Of a DNA stretch of 64,000 nucleotides, positions 14,194 to 31,754 are shown one piece after another. The first letter of the stretch is position 1; each line of letters opens with the position of its first letter. A program made the translations under genes and the position numbers. The notes below the pieces were generated by a model. That model was given only the letters and a program-made list of their open reading frames with translations, was not told the origin of the DNA and ran no database searches. Origin of the DNA: Eledone cirrhosa (lineage: Eukaryota). The DNA lies in NCBI GenBank assembly GCA_964016885.1, contig OZ024742.1, positions 92,070,001 through 92,134,000 on the forward strand, written 5' to 3'.

Positions 14194-14763
14194 GGGGGGC
14201 GAGAGAGAGAGATACATATATAGATAGATATATAGATATGTATACATATATAATCATATAGTTTTTTCATCAACACAAATATAAGCAGATAGTAAAATAG
14301 GATAATAGAGCTAATGGCGGAGCTAAGACGATGTTTTTATTTTTGTTATTTTCGTATTTTCTCTGTGCAACTGCTTTCCTGTGTGTTTTTATGTGATAAA
14401 ATATAACGAATTCAACCATTTATTTGCTCTTTCTATTTATTTAATTATTTGTATATATGTTTATCTCTTCAATTATTCATTTTAAATGTAGTTGCGAGCA
14501 GAAGAAAGAGAATGGAAAATAGCTGTAGAAGTATTGCAAGTGTCATATATATGATGTGAATATTTATGTAAATCGACCGATTCTGAAGCATATTTACAAA
14601 TGCACATATAATACAAACATACAAAACAAAGAATTTTGCAGCAGATATCTAAAACTATTAAATTCATTGAAGCTATTGGCAGAATACTAAGTGATGTTAT
14701 GTGCCAAGGTTTTTCAGATCCAAATTCACACGTCGCTCTCACATATATTCATTTACACGTCTT

Positions 14764-15059
<296 letters not shown>

Positions 15060-15082
15060 TATATATATATAGATATATATAA

Positions 15083-15527
15083 ACTGGTCTCCTTCCATCC
15101 CCATTGCCGAGGGTTTAAGGCAATGGACAATTGCACTAATGCTCATGTATATGATGCTATGAGTTCTTTGTTCGCATCGTAAAAAATGTGACGCCCCTAA
15201 TCTTCGTTCGACCGTTACTCGTAATCTGGATGAAGCCATTGGCCACTTGAAAGATGGTGACCAAGATGATTAAGCAGTGCCATCTACACTTCTTCTAGAC
15301 AAACTGACAAACAAGTCTTACGAGCTCTGTCTATCTGCTTTTATATACACTATTTGATGTCTGTGGAATCTCCTGACTTCCTCTGCCATTTAGCGGGTTT
15401 TTCTCAAAATCCTCCTCCTCACCAAGCAAGCTTAGAGGGGTTGCCGGTTTAGTCACCGACCAGCCGACCATGAGGCAGGTTTTACTGGGTTACATGTTAC
15501 CAGTATTGCACGGGGTTGACTTGACCT
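15083..15527 (-). mobile_element. Diverged relative of the RTE-derived element (shared 5' head)
   Basis: CAGGTCA...TACTGGTAACATGTAACCCAGTAAAACCTGCCTCATGGTCGG...GACTAAACCGGCAACCCC matches the head of the 605-bp family; the other boundary is uncertain. Confidence 0.6.
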
Positions 15528-15708
15528 GAAATATATATATACATATCTATGTATGTATGTGTATATAGGTGTGTGTGTCTGTGTCTTTGTGTATGTGTTT
15601 GTATACACAAATAATTATACAGAAAGTCAGAGGCGAACAACAATAGCGCAGAAGCAAGTAGCTTATAATGTTTTTGTCCGCGACGAAAGAAATGAAAACG
15701 AACACGTG

Positions 15709-15750
<42 letters not shown>

Positions 15751-16124
15751 AAATGAAAATCTGAAGGCAAGGTAAAATTCCAATTATTTTAATCACGACA
15801 CATGTTTCAATAAGAGATAGATCGATTGTAAAGCCATGATCAATTATCACTAATCCCATCAGGTGAAAATGAATTGTCTTCAAATTCTTGATATGAGGGA
15901 GAAAATTAGCAATGTTCACTCACAGAATTTATTCTCTCATATGAAGATCCAGTAGTCAGAAATACGGCGACTGCTATCAGCTTCAGTTAGGGTCATAAAA
16001 CTGTCAAATGTCCATAGCTGCAAAGGACGCTAGACATTAATCAGATCCGTAGAAATACAGTCGGTCACAGTTAATGTGAGTGGGTACACACACACTCAAT
16101 ACCCATACACACCGGCTCGAGGTA

Positions 16125-16155
<31 letters not shown>

Positions 16156-16419
16156 CACATATCAACACAGCATCAAACCTGTAGAACTATAGAAGGTGAC
16201 AATTAGTATGAGTGGGTACACACACACTCTCACACACACCGAAGCGATGTCATAGAAAAAAACAACAAATAAAGGATAAGAATATACCAACACAGCATTC
16301 ACCGAAAGTTCGTTTACAAAACAACAAATGCTACATAGTTCAAATCTCAATTTGACGATGTAAATTGGAAATATTGGGTTAACCACAGCCCCATACACAT
16401 ACACACACACACACAAGCA

Positions 16420-18868
<2,449 letters not shown>

Positions 18869-19189
18869 TAGATACGAAGTTATAGGTGTTTGTGGGGTTG
18901 ACAGAGAGGGTTCTGATGGAGAGATAGGTAAGGGAGTAAAGGAGATAACCAGTGGTAACGGGTGGTAGTGGAGAAGGAACAAGGAGGATCCAACCACTAG
19001 GATTGCTCTGAATTTCTTAAGCAGCTTCCATCCCACCCCCCATATGTATCATATGTCCATACCAGCGCAATCTTCATTTTTACCCAGTACATCCAATCCC
19101 TCTTATGCCAAGTTTTCCTCTCAGTTCACTTATGCTTCGTAGTTCTTGCACACTAACATTACACATCAATAGGAACATATTTGCTTCAT

Positions 19190-19620
19190 TTCTGTCCAGC
19201 CTTTGCAGGTCTTCTGTGGTTAAGGCTGATATTTAACTGCTATGTAGTGCGGAGAAGGCCTTTGAGAATGACCCACGCCCTGTAATCTGGTGGGCACTTA
19301 GGAAGCTAGGCTGTGTAGTGAGGGCTGTGCAAGCCATGTATAAAGGAGCAACCAGCAGCGTGAGGGCTGGAAACGAATACGGTGATAAATTTGAAATGCA
19401 GTTGGAGGTCCACCATGGCTCAATCCTTAGTTCATTCCAGTTTATCATTGATCTTCAGGCCATCACTGAAGAGTTTAAAACTGGCACTCTGTAGGAGGTC
19501 TTATTTGTTGATGACTTAGTCCTCATAGCTGAATCTGTAGGAGAGTTAGAGAAAATTTTCAAGCATGGAAAAAGAACCTTAAGTGGAAAGGCCTAAACTT
19601 AAACTTAGCAAAGGCGACAT
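19190..19620 (+). mobile_element. Decayed RTE-like RT fragment
   Basis: Manual translation gives EKAF..PR..IWWALRKLG, VHHGSILS and LFVDDLVLIAES. Confidence 0.7.
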
Positions 19621-21029
19621 ACTGATTGCGAACTTAGTAAGAGTGATGAAGAATGAGTCACGCATGTGCAATCCTAAAGAATTAGAGAGACACATAAAAC
19701 CTTCACTAGCATAAGTATTGAGTCCTAACAAGTTTTATTTATACATCTCAATGTACCAAAGCAGTATCTATCGTCACTGATTGCCGGACATCATAAAAGT
19801 GTAAAATGTTTCACTTTCATCTTGCTTCCAATACAAAATCTAAATGTCTGTTTTGTTGACATGTTATTTCTGTCTTCAGAAGCTATGAGGTAGTAATTTA
19901 GCATTTCAGCCGTCTAAAACTAATTAAGAACTAGTAATTACTACACATAATGTCAGACACGAAATTACTGCGTAGACGTCACTTCAATACAGAATTAAAA
20001 TAATTAAGAAAAAAAATAAAATAAAGAAAAAGCCAAGAAAAAACAAAGAACTGGATGAAAGCATGGGGAACTATAATACATATTTAATTAAAATACGTAG
20101 TTTTCTCATTCTGGAAAATGTTCAGATTATTTCTGTTATTCTACCGAGCTTCCTTCATTAAATACTTAAAGCTGCACATTGTTCGTGTGGCATTCTCTTC
20201 CATGTTCTAACAACTCTGCCAATTTGCCGCCTTCCGAGATGAATTAAAGCAACGCAATTCAACCCTAAAGGCAGCAAATTGTACCATTAGAACATTGGAT
20301 AGAATGTTATGCTGTAATCATTTCGGCTCTCTGCACTCTCAGTTCAAATCCGGCTGAGGTCAACTTGCATTTCATCCATTCCAGGTTGAAAAAAAAAAGT
20401 ACCAGTCTAGTACTGATGTGTATTCTACCTCTATGTCGCTTTCTCATTTCCATTTTTTCACTCGCTCTATTCTTCTTTGGAAAAAATATGCTATATTCAG
20501 GCCTGGAGAGGTGATGGTCTCTTCTTGGTTTAAAAAGGTCATAGAAACGCCGTATGTCTTTACGGCACTATACGACTCCCTCAGAAGTTACGGGTCAATG
20601 CATAATACATAATTCAGCCCTAAAGTACAATATTCTTCATGTACTGTTATTGCTATGTCAATAAATGCGAATTTCTACACGTTTCTGCACGACATTCCAG
20701 ATACCGCAAACATTAGTATTGTACTTAAATATTAAAGTAAATAAACTCCGCTCTTAGAATAAAATCTAAGAAGTATTTGAGAGTCAATAACAACCTGTTT
20801 TATTCAGAAATTGGTACAATTTCGAATCTCATCGACAGTGTTCAGCTGGGTTGTTTTGATCATGCTTGTGCAAATTACTAGATCATGTCCTTGTATTTAA
20901 CTAAATAAACCGCCATACGAAATATATCAGAGCGAGTTCGTATCATTCGCATGTCAAAAATGTAGTTTTCCCTTTTCAATAGATACATTACGAAATACAG
21001 GAGTACACACATATTTATATTAGCAGAAA

Positions 21030-21400
21030 ATCATCCGGTTCTTTACGTTCTGAGTTCAAATCCCGCCGAGGTTAGTTTTGCCTTTCATCCTACGGGGTCG
21101 ATAAAGTAAAGCACCAGTAATACACTGGGGTCGATTTAATCGACTTACCCCTCTCCCAAAAAATTGCTGGCCTTGTGCGTATAGTAGAAACAATCATTAA
21201 TAGAAGTAGTAGGGCGGTGGATTGGTAGAACAGATAGAGCGTCGGACAATATGCTTAGCACTAAAGAGTTATAAGTTCAAATCCCGCCGAGGTTAGCTTT
21301 GCCTTTCATCCCTTCGGGGTCAATAAAATAAAGTACCAGTCAATCAACTTTCTCCTTTCCAAAATTGCTTGTCTTGTACCTAAATCAGAAACCATTATTG
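21030..21400 (+). mobile_element. Two tandem tRNA-derived SINEs
   Basis: GAGTTCAAATCCCGCCGAGGTTAG..TTGCCTTTCATCC occurs twice. Confidence 0.8.
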
Positions 21401-22545
21401 ATAGTAGTAGTAGTAGTAGTAGTTGTTGTTGTTGTTGTAGTAGTAGCAGTAGGAGGAGGAGCAGTACTATCAAGGTGATATTGATTATTATTGGAGTGAT
21501 AATTACGTCTCCCTTTAGTGATATATTAGTTTGTCATTAGCACTAATGAACATTAGTGTTTTCATTAAATATTAATGAAGTTTGGTATATTTCTTTGTTG
21601 TGAAGATGTTTTAGTTATATAGTTGGTGATGATGATGATGATGATGATGGTGGTGATGATGATGGGGGTAAGAAGGGATAGAATTGAACACAGAAAAAGA
21701 AACAGAAAAAAAGAAGAAAAACAGAGAAAAAGAAAAAAGGAAGATCGAAAGAAGGAAAGAAAACAGACAAAAGAAATTGAAACAAAGAAAGATAGAGAGA
21801 AAGGAGGAAAGTAAAGAAGAAAAGGAAAGAATGATAGACAGGAAGAATTCGAAAAGAAAGCAGGAAAGAAAGAGAGAAGTATGAAAACAAATTAAGACAC
21901 GTACATATATACACACACATGAACTCAAACATTCTCTTAGAATAACTGACATTGACAGAAAGGGTTTTGCTTGAAATTTATAGTTTCTTGTGGTGCCTAT
22001 TATCACCTAGATGAAGTGAGCCAGCAAATGTTCAGTATCGTAACCACTGCCATGATATTAAGTGTTTATTTATCGCTTAACAGTCTTTATACCCTCTCTA
22101 CTTATCTGGCTATAACGTTCAACACAAACAAACTCACACACATACATACATTCTTACATACATGAGCTTACACATACGTACGTACACAATCACACACATT
22201 CATACATGCATGTATACACGCACACATACATTCATACATACGTATATACACAATCACACATACATTCATACATGCATACATGTATACATGTATACATACA
22301 CACACACATACATCCATACATAATGCACATACGTATATACACAATTACACATACATTCATACATACATACACAAACGCACACAGGCACGTTCATACACAT
22401 ACAGACACAAATGCACACGGGCACGTACATACACATACATACATGCACACACATGCACACATACATACATACATACATACATACATACATACATACATAC
22501 ATACATACATACATACATACATACATACTTACATACTTACATACA

Positions 22546-24327
22546 TGGTGGCTGCCAACTCGTTTTCGAGTACGGCCACTACTTTATATCCATGTAGGAG
22601 AACCCCTACCGATGCGCTGAACGAGTGACTTTTTAGTCCAGCCAGCGACTTGAAAACTCTGGTACAAACACTACACCTGTGACAATTATTGACACATAGT
22701 GCTGGGCCCATGGTACCATGTGACGACAAGTGCAGAGAGATCTCCAGATATAAAGCAATGCCTGTGCCGTGAAGCTTTTATAGTGAGCAAAGGCACTGCA
22801 CAAAGCCAGTCCCACTCTCTTAACCAAGATGATATTTACCAAAAAGAAGAACAAGTCAACATCATTGGATACCATCAGGGTTGCAGGTATTATATCAGAG
22901 TTTTCCTTCTCCTAGAATTCTGCCTTGACAAAGGCTAAGGGGTCATCTCTCCCGGTGATTTTGGATGGCCATTGACTCTTAATAGCTCCTTTGCCCTTTG
23001 ACAGGTTTTGTTTTTAGTCCTGCAGGATGTCCAAAGTCACCCTCCTCACCAAGAAACCTTGGTGGAGTTGCCAGTTTAGTCGCCAACGACCCGACCATGA
23101 GACAGGTTGTACTGGGATACATGTTACCAGTAGCACCAAGTGGTGACCTGACATACATACATACATACATACATACATACATACATACATGGTGGCTGCC
23201 AACTCGTTTTCGAGTACGGCCACTACTTTATATCCATGTAGGAGAACCCCTACCGATGCGCTGAACGAGTGTGACTTTTTAGTCCAGCCAGCGACTTGAA
23301 AACTCTGGTACAAACACTACACTTGTGACAATTATTGACACTTAGTGTTGGGCCCATGGTACCATGTGACGACAAGTGCAGAGAGATCTCCAGATATAAA
23401 GCAATGCCTGTGCCGTGAAGCTTTTATAGTGAGCAAAGGCACTGCACAAAGCCAGTCACACACATATATATACACATATATATACACATATATGTACACA
23501 CACATATACATATATATGTACACACATATATACATATATATGTACACATATATACATATCTATGTACACACATATATACACACATATGTACACATATATA
23601 TACATATATATGTACACATATATATGTACACACATATATATATACATATATATGTACACACATATATATATACATATACATGTACACACACATATATATA
23701 CATATATATGTACACATATATATATGGTGGCTGCCAACTCGTTTTCGAGTACGGCCACTACTTTATATCCATGTAGGAGAACCCCTACCGATGCGCTGAA
23801 CGAGTGACTTTTTAGTCCAGCCAGCGACTTGAAAACTCTGGTACAAACACTACACTTGTGACAATTATTGACACATAGTGCTTTGCCTTTGGTACCATGT
23901 GACGACAAGTGCAGAGAGATCTCCAGATACAAAGCAATGCCTGTGCCGTGAAGCTTTTATAGTGATCAAAGGCACTGCACAAAGCCAGTCCCACTCTCTT
24001 AACCAAGATGATATTTACCAAAAAGAACAAGTCAACATCATTGGATACCATCAGGGTTGCAGATGTTATATCAGAGTTTTCCTTCTCCTAGAATTCTGCC
24101 TTGACAAAGGCTAAGGGGTCATCTCTCCCACTGATTTTGGATGGCCATTGACTCTTAAGAGCTCCTTTGCCCTTTGACAGGGTTTGTTTTTAGTCCTGCA
24201 GGATGTCCAAAGTCACCCTCCTCACCAAGAAACCTTGGTGGGGTTGCCAGTTTAGTCGCCAACGACCCGACCATGAGACAGGTTGTACTGGGATACATGT
24301 TACCAGTAGCACCAAGTGGTGACCTGA
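22546..24327 (-). mobile_element. Cluster of three copies of a ~605-bp non-autonomous RTE-derived bipartite element (22546-23151, 23190-23457, 23725-24327)
   Basis: Minus strand has RTE 5'-UTR-like TCTAGGAGAAGGAAAACTCTGAT and an RTE C-terminal zinc-finger remnant [17 protein letters not shown], with a (TGTA)n tail. Confidence 0.8.
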
Positions 24328-24427
24328 CATAATACATACATACATACATACATACATACATACATACATACATACATACATACATACATACATACATACA
24401 TACATACATACATACATGCATACATAC

Positions 24428-24750
24428 GACAAGGAGAAGAAAACATGCACAGTAGTGGAAATTAGCTGCCCAGCAGATGCCAATATAATATCAAAGATTA
24501 GTGAAAAGGAGAATATTTATCCAGAACTGATGAGAAATCTGCAGATACTCCACCCTGATTACACCTTCAGATTTATGCCTGTGATTATTGGGGCACTGGG
24601 ATATGTTAGTAACTGCCTCAATACAAATCTTGAGAAGCTAGGCTTCACAGGAACAGAAAGAACACAACTAGCTAGGAAATTACAAGTACAATCCATTAAT
24701 GGAACAGTAAAAATATGTAAAACATTCCAAAAATGTTGCATCAAATAACT
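24428..24750 (+). mobile_element. 3' end of an R4/Dong-like LINE (restriction-like endonuclease domain)
   Basis: TCTVVEISCPADANI..K..EK...Y..L...LQ.....FMPVIIGALG; starts directly after (CATA)n. Confidence 0.75.
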
Positions 24751-25272
24751 GCATATACACATGTACAGATACAAAGCATATACACATGCACACATACAAC
24801 TCAAAACATACACATCCACACATACAATAACATCCATATCTACACATGCATGCATACATACATATCTACCTAGTTGATGTTGTGTAAATTCCAATGAGAG
24901 TATTGTGTCTATGTTAGAAACCGACTCTCTCTCTATTGGTAAAACTTTGTGAAATTATAAAATCAGAAGAACATACATACATACATACATATATACATAC
25001 ATACACGCACATGTATATATTGAAATAAAGCCATTTCTAAACAAAAGAGGAAGAAGGTACTCAGTACATGTTGTAGAGTATACTGTTTATTTAAACTGAA
25101 TAATTTTTTTCTTGCGAATCAAGTTTCATATGTTTAGTTGAACCGAAATTTGTTATCACCTAAATGATGAGAGTTGTATGAAACTGGAATCACATGGAAG
25201 TGAACTCGGTTTAAATAAACACATACGCATAGATACAAGCATACATAAACATAGATATATGTACTTATACAC

Positions 25273-25671
<399 letters not shown>

Positions 25672-25804
25672 AAAGGTTTGGTAGAAACGTCCAACAATGG
25701 TAAGAGCACTCAGTCCATAGGATGAGTTTTAAATAACAGGCTGAAAGAGTTTGGGGTGTATAACCCAACCAAACTTAAGTACTTGCATATGTCACTGTTG
25801 TAAC

Positions 25805-25858
<54 letters not shown>

Positions 25859-25861
<3 letters not shown>

Positions 25862-26240
25862 AAAGCCTCCATTACTCATACTTCTCGCCTTCTTCACCAC
25901 CTCTTCTGCGGCCTCGATATAAATACCCCCTCCGCCTCCGTGGTATTTTCTTCGAGGTTATAGGAGGCTTAGCTCTGTTTCTCGACCGTTATATCGCGTG
26001 ACTATCTCCCCCTCCGCCTTTTGGGATTCTTTCTCACGTCGTGTAGACGCGTTCTTGAGACTAGTAAAATGAGGTATCCTCTTGATAAGTCGGCAGACCT
26101 CGCAGGGACTCTATATCTTTATGATATATTGTTTTTGTTAATGCCACGAAACTACGTAGTCGAGGAATTTAGGAGCAGTTTAGGTATGATACATTTTATT
26201 ACTAATTATATCTAAATGTTTCTTCTCTCTTCATAATGTA
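25859..26240 (+). mobile_element. Partial monomer of the 593-bp retrozyme-like family, HHR at 26077-26166
   Basis: Near-identical to 63001-63380, same 3' end (TCATAATG-(TA)n), HHR core and stems retained. Confidence 0.85.
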
Positions 26241-28879
26241 TATATATATATATATATATAGGGGCCGGCCATCGAAGAAACACGCGTTCGGCCGGCCCCT
26301 GTATCATGAAAAGCAAATCTTTTCGGGGAAATTATTGGATTTTTCCTAATTTAAAGGCTTCTTAGGAACGTTCAATGTTTATTTTAGGTTTTGCCGTCTG
26401 AAGAGCTCAGGCTATCGTAACTGATAGTCCTCAATGAAATATGTATATCGGAGTTTTAAATAAACCTGAATCAACTGAATATGGCCTCCGATCTTTTATA
26501 TATATATATATTAAAATGTGCACTAAGCAGCCGAAGAATATGATAAATTTATATCTGTACATATACAGTGAAACGGTAAAATGTATTGCGTAAATGTATA
26601 TATATAAATATGCCCATTAAGTATTTAGGCATGTAGAACTTAAGTTTGTAAAATTTAGGCATTTCTCAGAAAATTGAGAAAATCATATCTTTAATCGACT
26701 TTCGATCCATATTGCTGTCTGATCAAAAGACATTTGCATGAACTAAACCACCACAAAATACGGACTAGTAGTAGCTGGCTGTTGGGGCCTCATAGATGGG
26801 TTAAATCGGTCTGTAGTTATAATGAGTCCGCAGGTGGCAGATCGGAAAATGGCCTTCAAATATGTAGGTTAGCTGCGAAGATACTCAGAAGAAACAGTCT
26901 TGGATCAAACGCAAGTTTATCTTTGGCGGGGTGATAAAAAAAACTCAAGTACGAACGGAAGCATCGATTGTTTGGTTCGATCTAACTATAGACCGACCTC
27001 TTTGCTTTTACCACCGCTTTCCAGGTGTTGTTTTTTCTCAGTTTCTTGTACTCTGAAGTGTTTGCGAGGGTGGATCTGGTCTAATCCTTTGATTTCGAGG
27101 TCTGTATCTAATTTAATTTTCTCACACCTAAAATTGTCATATTCTATTCTATGTAGTACACCCCCACAGCTTTTGTCATTCACCCTTGAGATGTCCCCTC
27201 ATCTGTCACCTTTAACAAATTACTACTACTACTACTACTACTACCATCAATAAACAATCCTCACGCTAATCTATATCACAATATTATATAGCTCTATTAA
27301 ATATAATGGAAATCACCGACACTTCATTAAGATTACATCTGGTGTGAAATTTCCAGTTTAGTCATTTACTGCCATAGAATACAGGGTGAGAACTTTCGTT
27401 GATTCCTTTTGTTTTCTATATAACTTTTGTTAATTCAACACGAAACACCTGTTGATTAACTCTGAGCGGCAATATTACAATTACACAGTGCGTGTTTAGT
27501 GTTTCAATTTAATAAACATCCCCCTTTTACCGATTCATTTCGGTAGCCTTTAACTGGTTGCTTAAACTGCAAGAAATAGCAGCCGAATTCTTTAAAATGT
27601 AAAGGCATACGGGATACACTATATTTTAATTAAAAAACAGAATGGTCTCGTCAATAATGTATTTAATGATGCATATGTTGTATCGGAATTCACATAGGGT
27701 TAAATAAATTACCAAAAATACTACACTACACCTCCCCATATTACATAACATCACTAAACAGCACACTACAGCCCAATCACCTCACTATACTACAGCCTAA
27801 TATACATCTACCGCGTCACATTACACTACAACTTACAACACAATAAATACACTATATCGATCTATAACACACACATCCTACTACATCATACAACACTCTA
27901 GATTACATTAGACGACACAGCATTGCACTACATTACATGACACTACGTGGCATTATATAGCACTGTACTTTACCACTCTTCACTACACAGTAGCACTCTA
28001 CACCACTTGCTAGAAATAGCAGCTAAATTTTTCTCAAATCACACTCTGTTTTATTGAAAGAGAGAAGAATACATTGGATAGTATATTCATAGATACCCTT
28101 AAGCTACATGCTTGTACTGGCTGGAATGGCTTTGGTCATAAGTCTGCGTGACCATGTCTGACCTGGAGTTAATCAACGACAACAGCAACAGCATTAAACT
28201 TCATTACAATACAATATATTAAATATGTTCTGTGGCCTTCTATGCTGTGTGTATGTATGTGTGCACACATTTTGCAATCAATACAAGAAACTAATGTACG
28301 CACAAGAAATTTTATTCTAAATGTTAGATGCTTAGACTAAGGTAGTATTATGATTAATAATTGTTCTTACTATATACATTCAGTTTACACATACCTTTTC
28401 CAATCTCAGATAAACATTTGCACAGGATTTGTGCATATATAAGTATGAATTCGAAACTCATGATGGAGACATAATGGCACTCTATTGACATATAGTAAGC
28501 CTTGGGTACTTTAAACCTGGCGGATCTTATGCACTCTCCAAGTCTATACAGAACCTATTTCTTCCAGAGAAGGAGAGGGTGATACACAGGAAGTGAGAAA
28601 GAGATATAGAGGAAGAATTGACCACATATTTAGATTGGTACTTTTTATCGACCTCGAATGGATAAAAGGCAAAGTAGACATTGGTAGGATATAGACTCAG
28701 AGAGCCGGAACGAATACCGCAAACATTCCATCCCACCTTTTTAACGACTCTGCTAATTCGTTGCCTATTTTTGCATAAAAAGACTACTAAATATTAGAAG
28801 GAAACATTACACGTATGACTCCAACATCTCCTTCCTTATATATATGACCTTACTGTTATCTCTAACTACATTCACTACT

Positions 28880-29230
28880 ATGTGGATGCAGCATAGCTGA
28901 ATAGTTAAGTTCGCTTTGCAACCATAAGTTCACAAAGTTCGAACCTTCTGCATAGCGTCTTGGGCAAGTATCATTTATCATGGTCGACTCAAGTCACATG
29001 AGTAAAATTGGATAGGTACAAACAGTTTAAAACCCCAATGGATGGAATATACATGTAAGCCCAATGTCCAGCCTTGTAACACTATGTCACGCTTAATCTC
29101 TTTGAAAATTACGTTAAAAGTATGCTTGTCTACGGAATGCTCAGTCACCTGTACGTTAATTTTACGAACATACTGTTCCGTTGATCAAAGAGTGGGAACA
29201 CTTATCGTCGAAACTGACGGAAGTTCATTT
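28880..29230 (+). mobile_element. Diverged tRNA/CORE-like SINE
   Basis: A-box-like GCATAGCTGAATAGTTAAG, B box GTTCGAACC, CTTGGGCAAG. Confidence 0.55.
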
Positions 29231-29590
29231 ATCTTACCTTTATATCAAAAATAAGATGGCCATGGCTGGAGCGATTTTTTATCATTAGGTCTTAACTAGT
29301 GTTTAAACAACAACGGCATCACTAAAACCCTTTACCACACCATTCATGCTACGATAAGAAAGAAATAAAGGTAATAATATGGGTGTGCCTTTTAGTAACA
29401 TTTTTTACATTTTACTTTCATCTCAATAGGAATTTATGGTGTACATCTTTACACACACATACACACACATACACACGCACACACACGCGCACACTTACGT
29501 GCACACATACACGCAATCATATATTTATATATAGAATTTATCTCATTCTTTCTACCCCACTCTTTATCTTCTCTTCCGAGAAGATACACA

Positions 29591-29646
<56 letters not shown>

Positions 29647-29719
29647 CGCACGCACACACATATATATAGATATATTACACCACTGTTATTCTCATTGGTG
29701 TTGTTAACGCAGGGAAGGG

Positions 29720-30464
29720 TTGTAGATTGGTAGAATCGGTGCAGCGGTGTAAAAATTGCTATTAGATTTTTAGTTCAAATCCCGCCGATGTTAGCTTTGC
29801 TTTTCATCCTTACGGGGTCGATAAAATAAAGTACAATTAAAGCAGTGGAATCAATGAAAGTTTAACTTTCATCCTTCTGGGCCGGGTGAAAAAAAATACG
29901 AGTCAAGCACTGGGGTTGATTTCATCGACTTTCCCCTCAGCTTTAATTACAGGATTTATGCCAAAATTATAAACCACCATTAAGGCGGAATTTTTATTTT
30001 TGGCAGAATTGTTAGAGCGTGTGAGGTCAAATCACCCCAAATTCAGCTTTGCTTCCATTCTATCTGGGTTGATAAATTAAGGTACCAGTCAAGTACTAGG
30101 AGTGGATTTCCTCTAGCCTAAATCGCTGGCCCCTATGGCTAAATTAGAATATGTTTGTTCGTTAAGAATTAATGGAGCCACAAGTTTTAATAGAAACAGA
30201 AAAATTAATTTGATTATATTTTACTGACAATGGGACCAGTATATTGCTCTTCATAGAATTCATCATTTGGCAGTATTGGTAGAGCTTCGGATAATATGGT
30301 TTGTGATATAGAGTGATGGCCCTTTACGTTCTGAGTTCAAATCCTGCCAAGGTTAGCTTTACCTTTCATCCTTACAGACGATAAAATAGAGCACCACAGG
30401 GGTAGATTTAATCCGATTTCCCCTTCCGCCAAATTGCTGGCCTTGTGCCTAAAGTAGAAACAAT

Positions 30465-30470
<6 letters not shown>
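29720..30470 (+). mobile_element. Three diverged tRNA-derived SINE copies
   Basis: B box plus central motif at ~29770, ~30025 and ~30332. Confidence 0.7.
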
Positions 30471-30505
<35 letters not shown>

Positions 30506-30508
<3 letters not shown>

Positions 30509-31058
30509 TGGCTGCCAACTCGTTTTCGAGTACGGCCACTACTTTATATCCATGTAGGAGAACCCCCACCGATGCGCTGAACGAGTGTGACTTTTGAGTC
30601 CATCCAGCGACTTGAAAACTCTGGTACAAACACTACACTTGTGACAATTATTGACACATAGTGCTGGGCCCATGGTACCATGTGACAAGTGCAGAGAGAT
30701 CTCCAGATACAAAGCAATGCCTGTGCCATGAAGCTTTTATAGTGAGCAAAGGCATTGCACAGAGCCAGTCCCACTCTCTTAACCAAGATGATATTTACCA
30801 AAAAGTAAAACAAGTCAACATCATTGGATACCATCAGGGTTGCAGGTGTTATATCAGAGTTTTCCTTCTCCTAGAATTCTGCCTTGACAAAGGCTAATGG
30901 GTCATCTCTCCCGGTGATTTTGGATGGCCATTGACTCTTAAGAGCTCCTTTGCCCTTTGACAGGTTTTGTTTTTAGTCCTGCAGGATGTCCAAAGTCACC
31001 CTCCTCACCAAGAAACCTTGGTGGGGTTGCCAGTTTAGTCGCCAACGACCCGACCATG
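30506..31058 (-). mobile_element. RTE-derived bipartite element, slightly 5'-truncated
   Basis: Near-identical to 22546-23151. Confidence 0.85.
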
Positions 31059-31068
31059 ATATTTATAC

Positions 31069-31158
<90 letters not shown>

Positions 31159-31213
31159 GCATATATATATATATATATGTATATATAATATATATATATA
31201 TTATATATATATG

Positions 31214-31248
<35 letters not shown>

Positions 31249-31249
31249 G

Positions 31250-31327
<78 letters not shown>

Positions 31328-31328
31328 C

Positions 31329-31363
<35 letters not shown>

Positions 31364-31364
31364 C

Positions 31365-31465
<101 letters not shown>

Positions 31466-31658
31466 GTATATACATATATACTCATACCTATGTACACGTA
31501 TTGTATATTTTCCCAGTGTCCCTTTTCAAACATTCACACACACATACAAATTTTCTCACTAAGCTCTTCTCATCCTCTCTCTAAACTTCAATCTTCAGGT
31601 TCTCCCTTCACTCTATTCCATACATAATCACGTGCACATACACCCAACCATTTTTGCA

Positions 31659-31754
<96 letters not shown>

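Noticed and set aside
23061-23151. HDV-like or twister ribozyme at the RTE-derivative 5' end
   Set aside because: P3/L3-like and CUAA/P2-like pieces exist but no P1 pairing or twister pseudoknots could be built. Kept only as an unclassified structured head.
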